Origin: an uncultured Sediminibacterium sp.
Lineage (GTDB): Bacteria; Bacteroidota; Bacteroidia; Chitinophagales; Chitinophagaceae
DNA: 64,000 bases
Reading direction: 5' to 3'
Assembly: GCA_964579885.1 (NCBI GenBank)
Contig: CAZOHD010000002.1
Location: 243,672 to 307,671, forward strand
Position numbers and translations under genes: made by a program. Within the stretch, counting starts at the first letter, position 1; every line of letters begins with the position of its first letter. Of the stretch, positions 26,728 to 35,807 are shown one piece after another. A model generated the notes under the pieces. It was not told the DNA's origin and ran no database searches. It saw nothing but the letters and a program-made list of their open reading frames with translations.

Positions 26728-27354
26728 TTGGCAAAAGTTGAACATCCACTTCAAGCGCTGATTGCTTATTTGCCTGATGGTGCATTTGAACCGGTGGTAT
26801 CCTTGATTCATCAATATAAAGTACACCTTACAGTCACTCGAGCTAGGAAATCAGTTTTAGGTGATTATCGACATCCTTTCTTGGGTGCGAATCATAAGAT
26901 TTCAGTGAATGGCAATCTAAATAAGTTTGAATTTTTAATTACCCTTTTACATGAATTGGGGCATCTACTTTGTTATGAGCAATATAAAAATAGGGTAGAA
27001 GCACATGGGAAAGAATGGAAAGCGATTTATGGGCAATTACTGGCTCAATTTATACAATTAGGTGTCTTCCCAGATGATATCTCAAAAGCATTAAAGAAGA
27101 CCTTGTTAAATCCAGCAGCAACAGCAAATGGCGAAACGGCACTATTATTAGTGTTACGTAAATATGATCAAGCAAAAAAAGAGGGGTTCGCTTTTGTTGC
27201 CAACCTGCCAGAAGGAACCTTATTTGAATCATTAAAAGGTCGCATTTTCAAACGAGGGAAGAAGAGAAGGATTAGGATCGAATGTATCGAGGTTTCAACA
27301 GGGAATGTATACTCTTTTAGTGGATTATCAGAAGTGAAAATTATTGAAAGTTAA
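26728..27354 (+). CDS. SprT-like zinc metalloprotease
   Basis: LGDY, LLHELGHL (HExxH), HGKEWK; TTG 26728 preferred over track start 26680, which overlaps the upstream gene. Confidence 0.85.
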   Translation: MAKVEHPLQALIAYLPDGAFEPVVSLIHQYKVHLTVTRARKSVLGDYRHPFLGANHKISVNGNLNKFEFLITLLHELGHLLCYEQYKNRVEAHGKEWKAIYGQLLAQFIQLGVFPDDISKALKKTLLNPAATANGETALLLVLRKYDQAKKEGFAFVANLPEGTLFESLKGRIFKRGKKRRIRIECIEVSTGNVYSFSGLSEVKIIES

Positions 27355-27355
27355 T

Positions 27356-27483
27356 AAAAAACCCAACGTTTACGTTGGGTTAAAAATCATTAGAGTGTTT
27401 TTTGCGATGCTTTATTTTTAAAGCTTAAGTATCACAAAAAACAAAAAACCCAACGTTTACGTTGGGTTTTAAATTCATTAGAG
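27356..27483. repeat. Two direct copies of a ~40-bp palindromic unit (27356-27395, 27443-27483)
   Basis: AAAAAACCCAACG-TTTA-CGTTGGGTT identical in both, each followed by TCATTAGAG. Confidence 0.95.
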
Positions 27484-27490
27484 CGTTCTA

Positions 27491-27527
27491 TATTAACTAT
27501 AATTTTCTTCGAAAATAATAGTTAATA
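27491..27527 (-). terminator. AT-rich hairpin directly after the sucC stop
   Basis: TATTAACTAT-a-ATTTTC-TTC-GAAAAT-a-ATAGTTAATA. Confidence 0.6.
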
Positions 27528-27531
27528 CAAA

Positions 27532-28743
27532 CTAAGCAACTGCTTGCTTCACTAAGTCAGCTGCTTCACTCAATAAGATAGCAGATTGAACTTTCAATCC
27601 ACTCTCATCTATTAATTTCTTAGCTTCTACCGCATTCGTACCTTGTAAACGTACAATGATAGGGATGTTGATATTGCCTAATTTATTGAATGCTTCAATC
27701 ACACCAGCAGCAACACGATCACAACGAACGATACCGCCGAATATATTGATCAAAATAGCTTTTACATTTGGATCTTTCATGATGATTCTGAATCCTGCTT
27801 CAACAGTTTGTGCGTTTGCAGAACCTCCTACGTCTAAGAAGTTAGCTGGTTCACCACCACTTAACTTAATCATATCCATAGTAGCCATCGCTAAACCAGC
27901 ACCGTTTACCATACAACCAACATTACCGTCTAATTTAACAAAATTCAAATTGAATTCGCCAGCTTCAACTTCAGTTGGATCTTCTTCAGTTACGTCTCTC
28001 ATTGCCAATAAATCAGGATGACGCATTAAGGCGCTATCATCAATATTCATTTTACAATCTACCGCTATGATTTTGTCATCTGCAGTTTTGAATAATGGGT
28101 TAATTTCTAACATGCCGCAGTCTAAACCAACGTATGCATTGTATAAATTAGTTACAAACTTCACACAGTTTTTAAAGGCATCTCCACTTAGGCCTAAGTT
28201 AAAAGCTATTTTTCTTGCTTGAAAACCTTGTAAGCCACCACCTGGGTGAACCCATTCTTTATAAATCTTTTCTGGTGTATTGTGAGCTACTTCTTCGATA
28301 TCCATTCCGCCTTCCGTGCTATACATCACCACATTCATACCTTTTGCTCGGTCTAATAAAATAGATAAGTATAATTCTTTTGTTGGTTGAGGACCTTCGT
28401 AATAAACGTCTTGAGCAACTAAGATTTTACTTACTAATTTACCAGCTGGGCCAGTTTGAATAGTTACTAAAGTTCCACCAAGAATATTTTTAGCAAAGTT
28501 TTCGATGTCTTCTGCTGATTTACCAACAGCAACACCTCTTTGTTCTGAGCCATTAATTTTACCCTTTCCACGACCACCAGCGTGAATTTGAGCTTTAACT
28601 ACTGCGAATTTATTATTCGTATCAGTTGCGATTTTTTGATATGCAGCTACAGCGTCTTTAACGTTATCTACAGCGACACCTTCTTGAACAGGAACGTTGT
28701 ACTTTTTTAGCAAATCTTTTGCTTGATATTCATGCAGGTTCAT
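27532..28743 (-). CDS. sucC: Succinyl-CoA synthetase beta subunit
   Basis: MNLHEYQAK, VKAQIHAGGRGKG, EINPL, NGAGLAMATMD, NIFGGIVRCD. Confidence 0.97.
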   Translation of the reverse strand: MNLHEYQAKDLLKKYNVPVQEGVAVDNVKDAVAAYQKIATDTNNKFAVVKAQIHAGGRGKGKINGSEQRGVAVGKSAEDIENFAKNILGGTLVTIQTGPAGKLVSKILVAQDVYYEGPQPTKELYLSILLDRAKGMNVVMYSTEGGMDIEEVAHNTPEKIYKEWVHPGGGLQGFQARKIAFNLGLSGDAFKNCVKFVTNLYNAYVGLDCGMLEINPLFKTADDKIIAVDCKMNIDDSALMRHPDLLAMRDVTEEDPTEVEAGEFNLNFVKLDGNVGCMVNGAGLAMATMDMIKLSGGEPANFLDVGGSANAQTVEAGFRIIMKDPNVKAILINIFGGIVRCDRVAAGVIEAFNKLGNINIPIIVRLQGTNAVEAKKLIDESGLKVQSAILLSEAADLVKQAVA

Positions 28744-28932
28744 AGTGAGTAAATTTTGGCGAAGATAGTAGATAAAGTGCAGATTATGAGGTGAAAATAA
28801 CCTAAAAATATATTTTGTTGTTTAAACATTGATTAGTAATTTCGAACTTGATTCAACATTATTCGAACAATTAGCTAGCCTTTTTGTTTTATTATATGTC
28901 ATAAACAATCATTTAAAATAAACAAACAAAAT

Positions 28933-29505
28933 ATGAAAAAGTACATTTTCTCTTCTGTATTCGCTTTAGCGACTTTGGTATTGTTTTCTTTTAACAATCC
29001 AACATCAACAAAACAAGTTGAAACATTCACAGTAACTGCTCAAAAGAGTAAGGTAGATTTTACAGGTTCTAAAAAGAACGATTTTCATACTGGTTACTTC
29101 CCAGTAAAATCTGGTTCAGTAAAAATTGATGGTGGTAAATTAGTAGGTGGAAATTTTGTAGTGGATGTTGCTGGTATGAAAGTAACAGATGGTGCTGGAG
29201 ATAAACTTGCTGGTCATTTATCTACGGCTGATTTTTTTGATGTAGCTAAGTTTGGAGAAGCTACTTTTAACATTACTTCTGTTAAATACACAACTGCTGA
29301 AAAAGCAACTTTAACAGGTGCTGTAACTTTAAAAGGCATTACAAAAACAATCAGCTTTGATGCAATCATTAGAAGCGCAGATGAAAAAGGTTTTTTTGCA
29401 GAAGCATTTTTCCCTTTAGATAGAACTTTATTTGGTATCAACTATGGTGTAGGAGCAATTGATTCTCAAGTTCAATTAGCTGTGCATATTTACGCAAGTA
29501 AATAA
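28933..29505 (+). CDS. YceI family lipid/isoprenoid-binding protein
   Basis: Signal peptide, S.V.F.G.K...H.G, L.GHL...DFFDV.KF, G.VTLKGITK, DRT.FGINYG. Confidence 0.9.
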   Translation: MKKYIFSSVFALATLVLFSFNNPTSTKQVETFTVTAQKSKVDFTGSKKNDFHTGYFPVKSGSVKIDGGKLVGGNFVVDVAGMKVTDGAGDKLAGHLSTADFFDVAKFGEATFNITSVKYTTAEKATLTGAVTLKGITKTISFDAIIRSADEKGFFAEAFFPLDRTLFGINYGVGAIDSQVQLAVHIYASK

Positions 29506-29559
29506 TACTTTTTAGGGTTGATTATCTTCTCCCTTCAAAAATTGATATAGCCTTATGGC

Positions 29560-29597
29560 AAAAAAGACCCCCTAACTTAAGTTAGGGGGTCTTTTTT
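29560..29597. terminator. Bidirectional terminator
   Basis: AAAAAAGACCCCCTAAC-TTAA-GTTAGGGGGTCTTTTTT. Confidence 0.9.
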
Positions 29598-29655
29598 TAT
29601 ACGAGGTTTTTGAATACTTCAAATGAAATTCCATTAATGTGTTTCATTTCAATTA

Positions 29656-30168
29656 TTATATGTCATAACGTTCCTTTAAAATATGTAAATGGTGTAAGCC
29701 ATGTCCAAAAATGATGAAGCCAAGTGCATTCACTGTTACATCATGTCCATTACAATTGCCTTTTGTTTTTAATTGATCTGGCGTAAATGAAGCAAACAAT
29801 AGGTTAGTTGCTTGTCTTACTGTTCTCCATTCAATCAACATATCCTTCCAGTTTCGATGGCTAGCATCTGCATTTGCAGCATAACTGTTCTCATCAAATC
29901 CTGGCAAGGATGTTTTATCCTGTCTTGATATTGCTAGTGCGCGATATGCCATTATTCTTTCTGTGTCAATTACATGTTGAAACATTTGCTGAATAGTCCA
30001 TTTTTCTGGCGCGTATGCATATTTCACTTTTTCTGTAGGGATTGCATTCCAAGAATCTACTAATCTGTCATGATATTGTTTAACTAAAATTTCATAATCT
30101 TTACCACTGGTATAGTTAATATAGGTTTGAAAAAATGGTGCATACTCTGTTGTGCTTGGTCTTGACAT
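29656..30168 (-). CDS. DinB family protein
   Basis: YAYAPEKWT...HVIDTERIMAYRAL..SR.D...LPGFDEN, GH..HH metal ligands. Confidence 0.9.
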   Translation of the reverse strand: MSRPSTTEYAPFFQTYINYTSGKDYEILVKQYHDRLVDSWNAIPTEKVKYAYAPEKWTIQQMFQHVIDTERIMAYRALAISRQDKTSLPGFDENSYAANADASHRNWKDMLIEWRTVRQATNLLFASFTPDQLKTKGNCNGHDVTVNALGFIIFGHGLHHLHILKERYDI

Positions 30169-30181
30169 TGGGTTGTTTATT

Positions 30182-31813
30182 TTATTTTTTTCTTTTCGAA
30201 ATATAGTTTGAGGCGTTTTGAATACTTATAGCCGCGTTGATAATGCCACCAGTTGCACAAATTTCTGAAATAGCTTTTGGTAATTCTTTTTCAAAAATAG
30301 GAGTGAGGGTGTTTGTTATTTTTGGTGTTACACAACTTTGCAATAAAATCTCCTTTACTTCTTTTGCAGTCAATTTTGGGAAATAGGCGCGAATTAAACC
30401 AGCTATATGACTAACAATTGGAGCAGACATACTTGTTCCGTTTTGAAATCCAAAAATTTGATTTGGTAAGGTGGAATAAATTTTTTCACCAGGACTTAAT
30501 AGGTCAACCACTTGATTGCCATAATTGCTAAAGTCTGTTAAAATTGATTTGTTAACAATCGGGTCACTACTTGCTCCGATTGTAAGCATATTCTCTGCAT
30601 TATTTTTAAAGCTAGGAGAATAGGGATTAGGATAAACTGATTTAGTATTTAAATCATAAGATTCATTTCCTGCAGAATGAATTAATAGTACATCCTTTGT
30701 TGCGGCATATCGGATAGCACTATCCACCCAAGCTTGTTCTGGTGAAAATGATTTCCCAAAACTCATATTAATAACCTTTGCGCCATTATTAACGGCATAA
30801 CGTATACCTAGAGCAATATCTTTGTCATACTCGTCTCCATCAGGTACAACGCGAACGCCCATAATCTTAATTGCTTGATTGATGTTGGAGTTTGAAAAGG
30901 ATGAATCAGTAATTCCGGCTGCTAATCCTGCCACATGTGTGCCATGTTTTGAATTTGGCCCCATGATATTATTATTGCCGTAATACTGGTCTTTAAAGTT
31001 GAAATAATCATCTTTGGTAATTAATTTCCTTAAGTCTTCCGGTGGCGTATCCATTGATATCGCAGCTTGTTCTTTTCCAGAAATATATTCATCTAATTCC
31101 TCTATCGTATTTAGAAAACCACTTGATTTATCTATACCAAGAGATAACATGGTTCTTAAATAGGCGATTTTAGTTTCTGATGCAATTTTTCCAATCGGTT
31201 GGTAAGATTCAAGTTGCTCAGTTGTAAAATTTGAGTCTTCGATTTCTCTTATCAAAATATTACCCATTTTGACAATTGCATTTTTAGCCATTTTGATAAA
31301 GGCTAAATTGTCAATCTCCTCTTCTGAAAAAACAATCTCTGCTGCTGCTTGCTGCCAAATTTTAAATTCGTTTTTCTTTTTCAAATCCCAATTGGAGCTA
31401 TCTAAATTATTTTGTTTGAATTCATTTTTAAAACGATGGTAAACCCTGGTTTTTTCTGCTGCTGCTTTATTTATATTCTCTCCATTAGAATTGCCTATAA
31501 AATTCCATCCATGAAGGTCATCGATATAACCATTCTTATCATCATCGATTTGATTACCTGGAATCTCCTTGAGATTATGCCAAAGAATTGGTTTTATTTG
31601 AGGATGACTTGTATCAATGCCTCCATCTAATACTGCAATAATGATTGGAGTTGGTTTGAGTTTTAATGTTGTCAATAAATTTTTCGCTTTATGAAGACTA
31701 ACACCATGAACTCCATCTTGTTCGAGATCTTTCCAATGCCAAAATTTTGAGTCTTGTCCCCAAGCTAGTTGGGAACAAGTAAACAATAACAAGGTTAGGT
31801 AAAATCTAATCAT
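30182..31813 (-). CDS. Secreted S8 subtilisin-like peptidase
   Basis: Signal peptide; triad AVLDGG (D), HGTHVAG (H), GTSMSAP (S); oxyanion AGN. Confidence 0.92.
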   Translation of the reverse strand: MIRFYLTLLLFTCSQLAWGQDSKFWHWKDLEQDGVHGVSLHKAKNLLTTLKLKPTPIIIAVLDGGIDTSHPQIKPILWHNLKEIPGNQIDDDKNGYIDDLHGWNFIGNSNGENINKAAAEKTRVYHRFKNEFKQNNLDSSNWDLKKKNEFKIWQQAAAEIVFSEEEIDNLAFIKMAKNAIVKMGNILIREIEDSNFTTEQLESYQPIGKIASETKIAYLRTMLSLGIDKSSGFLNTIEELDEYISGKEQAAISMDTPPEDLRKLITKDDYFNFKDQYYGNNNIMGPNSKHGTHVAGLAAGITDSSFSNSNINQAIKIMGVRVVPDGDEYDKDIALGIRYAVNNGAKVINMSFGKSFSPEQAWVDSAIRYAATKDVLLIHSAGNESYDLNTKSVYPNPYSPSFKNNAENMLTIGASSDPIVNKSILTDFSNYGNQVVDLLSPGEKIYSTLPNQIFGFQNGTSMSAPIVSHIAGLIRAYFPKLTAKEVKEILLQSCVTPKITNTLTPIFEKELPKAISEICATGGIINAAISIQNASNYISKRKK

Positions 31814-31821
31814 ACTATGAA

Positions 31822-33345
31822 TTAAAAGTCAAATTTTATGCCTTGCGCTAATGGTAATTGCGTACTCCAGTTGATGGTATTTGTCTGTCTGCGCATATAT
31901 GCTTTCCATGCATCTGATCCGCTTTCTCTTCCACCTCCGGTTTCTTTTTCTCCTCCAAATGCACCGCCAATTTCTGCACCACTCGTGCCGATATTCACAT
32001 TTGCAATACCACAGTCACTTCCTTTAGCTGACAAGAATAATTCTGATTCTCTCATGTTTAAGGTCATTATTGCTGATGATAGACCTTGTGGCACACCATT
32101 TTGAATCGCAATTGCTTCTTCAATTGTTTTATACTTTAATAAATATAAAATAGGGGCAAAAGTTTCATGTTGTACTATATGATATTGTGGTTGGGCTTCT
32201 GCGATACATGGTTTTACATAGCACCCGCTTTCATATCCTGCACCTTCTAATACACCACCTTCCACAACAAATTTTCCACCTTCTTTTTTACATGCTTCAA
32301 TAGAACTTAGATACATATTAACTGCATCTTTATCAATTAATGGCCCCATATGGTTATTGCTATCTAAAGGGTCGCCAATTTTAATTTGTTGGTAAGCTTT
32401 TACTAATTTTTCTACAAATTGGTCGTAAATTTTTTCATGAATAATTAATCTTCTTGTACTTGTGCATCTCTGTCCAGCTGTTCCAACAGCTCCAAATACA
32501 GCCCCAATTAACGACATATCTAAGTCAGCGTGTTCAGTAATAATAATGGCATTGTTGCCACCTAATTCTAAAATTGTTTTTCCTAAACGTCCTGCTACTT
32601 CTTTATTCAATTCTTTACCCATGCGCGTAGATCCAGTTGCAGATACCAATGGAATTCTTGTATCCTTACTCATCCATTCACCTACATTTCGTCCACCTTG
32701 GATTAAGTTGTTTACACCTTCAGGTACTTCGTTATCTGCAAATACTTTCTCAACAATTTTTTGAATGGCATTTCCACATAAAGGTGTTTTTTCACTTGGT
32801 TTCCATACTGTCACATTACCACATACCCATGCTAAAGCTGCGTTCCAGCTCCAAACAGCTACAGGGAAGTTGAAGGCTGAAATTATTCCAACAATGCCCA
32901 TTGGATGCCATTGTTCGTACATTCTATGTGATGGCCTTTCGCTATGCATTGTTAATCCATAAAGTTGTCTTGATAAACCAACAGCAAAGTCGCAGATATC
33001 AATCATTTCTTGCACTTCTCCTAAGCCTTCTTGTAAACTCTTACCCATCTCATAGCTTACCAATTGTCCTAGTGCGGCTTTGTCTTTTCTTAATGCCTCG
33101 CCTAATTGTCTTACAACTTCTCCTCTTTTTGGTGCAGGCCAATTTCGCCATACTAAAAAAGCGTTTTCTGCAGTTTTAATAACTTGTTCGTATGCTTCTT
33201 TGTCAGTGGTTGTAACAGCTCCAATTAATTGATTGTCTACTGGAGAGAAAGACAAGATTAATTCTCCATTACTTTTAATCCAATTTGCACCTGTTGAACA
33301 GCCTTCATTTTCTTTCTGAATTTGTAGTTGTTGTAAAAATTGCAT
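31822..33345 (-). CDS. amaB: ALDH7-type aldehyde dehydrogenase (L-piperideine-6-carboxylate/alpha-aminoadipate semialdehyde dehydrogenase-like)
   Basis: EGLGEVQEMIDICDFAVGLSRQL, AFNFPVAVW, LELGGNN, GTAGQRCT, ETFAP, GGEKETGGGRESGSD. Confidence 0.85.
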   Translation of the reverse strand: MQFLQQLQIQKENEGCSTGANWIKSNGELILSFSPVDNQLIGAVTTTDKEAYEQVIKTAENAFLVWRNWPAPKRGEVVRQLGEALRKDKAALGQLVSYEMGKSLQEGLGEVQEMIDICDFAVGLSRQLYGLTMHSERPSHRMYEQWHPMGIVGIISAFNFPVAVWSWNAALAWVCGNVTVWKPSEKTPLCGNAIQKIVEKVFADNEVPEGVNNLIQGGRNVGEWMSKDTRIPLVSATGSTRMGKELNKEVAGRLGKTILELGGNNAIIITEHADLDMSLIGAVFGAVGTAGQRCTSTRRLIIHEKIYDQFVEKLVKAYQQIKIGDPLDSNNHMGPLIDKDAVNMYLSSIEACKKEGGKFVVEGGVLEGAGYESGCYVKPCIAEAQPQYHIVQHETFAPILYLLKYKTIEEAIAIQNGVPQGLSSAIMTLNMRESELFLSAKGSDCGIANVNIGTSGAEIGGAFGGEKETGGGRESGSDAWKAYMRRQTNTINWSTQLPLAQGIKFDF

Positions 33346-33347
33346 TT

Positions 33348-33836
33348 TTATTTTTTTATTTTTTCAATAATATTAGTTGTAGAAAATCCTTCTACAATTG
33401 GGTTGATAATTACTTTGCCTCCATTCGCAACTACTTCTTTAGCACCAACAATCGTCTCTATAGTATAGTCGCCCCCTTTCACAAGAACATCAGGTAGGAG
33501 GGTTTTAATTAACTCCAATGGGGTGTCTTCCTCAAAGACAACCACAGCATCTACTAAAACAAGGTTTGCTAAAATCTTTGCTCTACTTTCTGTGGCATTA
33601 ATTGGTCGTTCTGGTCCTTTTAATCTTTTAACACTTGCATCACTATTTAAGCCTACTAATAAGTAGTCTGCTTCTTTTGCTGTTTGTGCTAATGAAAATA
33701 GATGTCCTGGGTGTAATATGTCAAAACAGCCATTTGTAAACGCAACAGTTTTCCCAGTGATTTTACACGCTTGCATAAATGCTTTTGCTTGTTCAATGGA
33801 CATAATTTTATTTTCTATCTGATTGACTGAACGCAT
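33348..33836 (-). CDS. rfaE2: Stand-alone D-glycero-beta-D-manno-heptose 1-phosphate adenylyltransferase (RfaE2/HldC type)
   Basis: FTNGCFDILHPGH, VGLNSDASVKRLKG..RP, FEEDTP, KGGDY, GFSTT. Confidence 0.85.
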   Translation of the reverse strand: MRSVNQIENKIMSIEQAKAFMQACKITGKTVAFTNGCFDILHPGHLFSLAQTAKEADYLLVGLNSDASVKRLKGPERPINATESRAKILANLVLVDAVVVFEEDTPLELIKTLLPDVLVKGGDYTIETIVGAKEVVANGGKVIINPIVEGFSTTNIIEKIKK

Positions 33837-33837
33837 C

Positions 33838-34821
33838 TTATTTTACTTGTTTATTTAAAATTGGCAGTAATATTAAACTTATTCCTCCCAAGACAATGAC
33901 TATTAAAAATTGAGAGAACCATTGTAATGTTCCATTCGCTAAACCAAGTGTATAATCCACACCATTTAATTCCAATACTTTGGCCATAAAGTAAGCATAA
34001 GCTCCAATGCCACCTGGTGTAAGAATCATCCCAATACTAGCATAAGCAAGGCAACTAATGGCGGTTGCAAAACTACTTTCAGTGCCAGCAGTTGCATGAA
34101 GGCCAACATAGGTTGCAAGTAAATACAAAAACCAAATTCCAAAAGAATAAAGAAAAAATAAGTTGTGTTTTTTTAATTTAGTTGCACTTATTACTCCTTC
34201 CCATATCCCTTGTATAATTTTTTTAACAGAGGCAATGATAGTTGGAATGCGTTTTCTCAAAACAATAAATAAAATCAATACAATGGAGATTACTGCTGCT
34301 AGAACAAAAATCTTCCAGTTACCATCATTTGATGAAACAGCTGGGGAATTCGTTTGATTTTTTAGTTGATTCCATCCCGCCTCAATCACATTGAATTGAA
34401 GCCCTAAAGCCATTAAAAAGACTAAGCCTAAGCTTAGAACGTCAAAGGCTCTTTCGGCTACAATCGTTCCAACAATCTTTTCGGCTGGTACTTTTTCATA
34501 TTTTGCCAGCAGGGTACACTTAAGTACTTCGCCTAAACGGGGGATAGCAAGGTTTGCTAAATAGCCAATTAAAACGGCTAAATAAGTATTTGTAATGCTT
34601 GGTTTATAGCCCAATGGTTCCATGATCAACCTCCATCTTAAAGCACGCAGAAAATGAGAAAAACCCAATATTACAAGTACAGGGAATACAATCCAAAGCT
34701 TAGATTGCTTTAAAGCCAAGGTAAATTTAGTCCATTCTTCGGCTGGAATTTGATGTAAACTCCACCAAATCAAGGCGATACCTAATAGAAAAAAGAACCC
34801 AATTTTAAGTAACTTTCCCAT
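33838..34821 (-). CDS. Lysylphosphatidylglycerol synthase TM-domain (UPF0104) membrane protein
   Basis: RALRWR, IGYLANL.IPRLGEV, GTIVAERAFD, TPGGIGAY; ATG 34821 preferred over track start 34857. Confidence 0.85.
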   Translation of the reverse strand: MGKLLKIGFFFLLGIALIWWSLHQIPAEEWTKFTLALKQSKLWIVFPVLVILGFSHFLRALRWRLIMEPLGYKPSITNTYLAVLIGYLANLAIPRLGEVLKCTLLAKYEKVPAEKIVGTIVAERAFDVLSLGLVFLMALGLQFNVIEAGWNQLKNQTNSPAVSSNDGNWKIFVLAAVISIVLILFIVLRKRIPTIIASVKKIIQGIWEGVISATKLKKHNLFFLYSFGIWFLYLLATYVGLHATAGTESSFATAISCLAYASIGMILTPGGIGAYAYFMAKVLELNGVDYTLGLANGTLQWFSQFLIVIVLGGISLILLPILNKQVK

Positions 34822-34931
34822 TTTGTAAGGTTTCAGTTGCCCGCAATTTACAATCAATTGTCTAGAAAATACCCCATAAAAGCCTTAATTCTTAGCCTTA
34901 TATGAGGTTTTATTAAGTCCCTTAAAATCCG

Positions 34932-34939
34932 TACCTTTG
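34932..34939 (+). promoter_or_regulatory. -7 box of glycogen-synthase-like/DUF4270 unit
   Basis: TACCTTTG. Confidence 0.6.
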
Positions 34940-34977
34940 CCAACTCGAAGAGGGTACTTAGTTAAACTTTAAAAGGA

Positions 34978-35796
34978 ATGTCAGAAAAAAAACGAATCTT
35001 ATACATCGCTACAGAAATGTCGCCTTATTTAGAGATGACAGAGTTTTCGGAGGTGATCAATAAACTCGCAATAAAAAGCAATGATAGCGGATTGGAAGTG
35101 CGTTGTATTATGCCAAGATTCGGTGTAATCAATGAAAGAAGACACCGTTTACATGAGGTGGTTAGATTGTCAGGCATCAATGTTCAAGTAGATAGTGATG
35201 ATTATCCATTACAAATCAAAGTTGCTTCTTTGCCTAATGCAAGATTACAAGTCTATTTTTTGGAAAACGAAGACTTTTTTAAGCGTAAGCAAATCTTTCA
35301 TGACGAAAATGAAAATTGGTTCGATGACAATGCGCTAAGAACTATTTTCTTCTGTCGCGGGGCATTAGAAACCGTTAAAAAGTTTGGCTGGCCTCCAGAT
35401 ATTATTCATTGTAGTGGATGGATGACTGGACTTATCCCAGCTTATATAAAAACAGCTTTCAAGAAAGAACCAGTTTTCTCTAATGCGAAAGTCGTTTTCA
35501 CTATTGGACAAAATACATTTGAAGAGCAGTTTCCAAAGGATTTTTTAAGCAAAGCTTTAATCAATGTGAATATTAAAGAAAAGGAATTAGAACCTTTCAA
35601 AGAATTATCAAATTCGGCTTTGTTCCGAGGTGGTGCTACTTATGCGGATGCCATCAGTTTTGGATCGGACGTTATAGACAAAAAATTAGTATCTGAATTT
35701 GCTGCTGTAAAAGGAAAGAAAGTAGTTCCTTTTAATGGCTGGGATTCTGATTTAACAGAGTATTTAGATTTATACAACGAACTTGCAGGCAAGTAA
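34978..35796 (+). CDS. Glycogen/starch synthase N-terminal-domain-only protein (probably non-catalytic)
   Basis: Aligns by eye to the GlgA N-domain (ILYI.TEM.PY, VRCIMPRF, PDIIHC..W) but is 272 aa and lacks KTGG. Confidence 0.85.
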   Translation: MSEKKRILYIATEMSPYLEMTEFSEVINKLAIKSNDSGLEVRCIMPRFGVINERRHRLHEVVRLSGINVQVDSDDYPLQIKVASLPNARLQVYFLENEDFFKRKQIFHDENENWFDDNALRTIFFCRGALETVKKFGWPPDIIHCSGWMTGLIPAYIKTAFKKEPVFSNAKVVFTIGQNTFEEQFPKDFLSKALINVNIKEKELEPFKELSNSALFRGGATYADAISFGSDVIDKKLVSEFAAVKGKKVVPFNGWDSDLTEYLDLYNELAGK

Positions 35797-35807
35797 AGTA
35801 ATTATAC

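Noticed and set aside
27356-27483. CRISPR array interpretation of the two palindromic repeats
   Set aside because: Only two repeats, the single 'spacer' is itself a hairpin, the repeats look like A/T-tailed terminators, and no cas genes are present
28819-28828. TGTTTAAACA palindrome upstream of the YceI gene as a MarR-type operator
   Set aside because: A 10-bp AT-rich palindrome is expected by chance, and no regulator gene is adjacent
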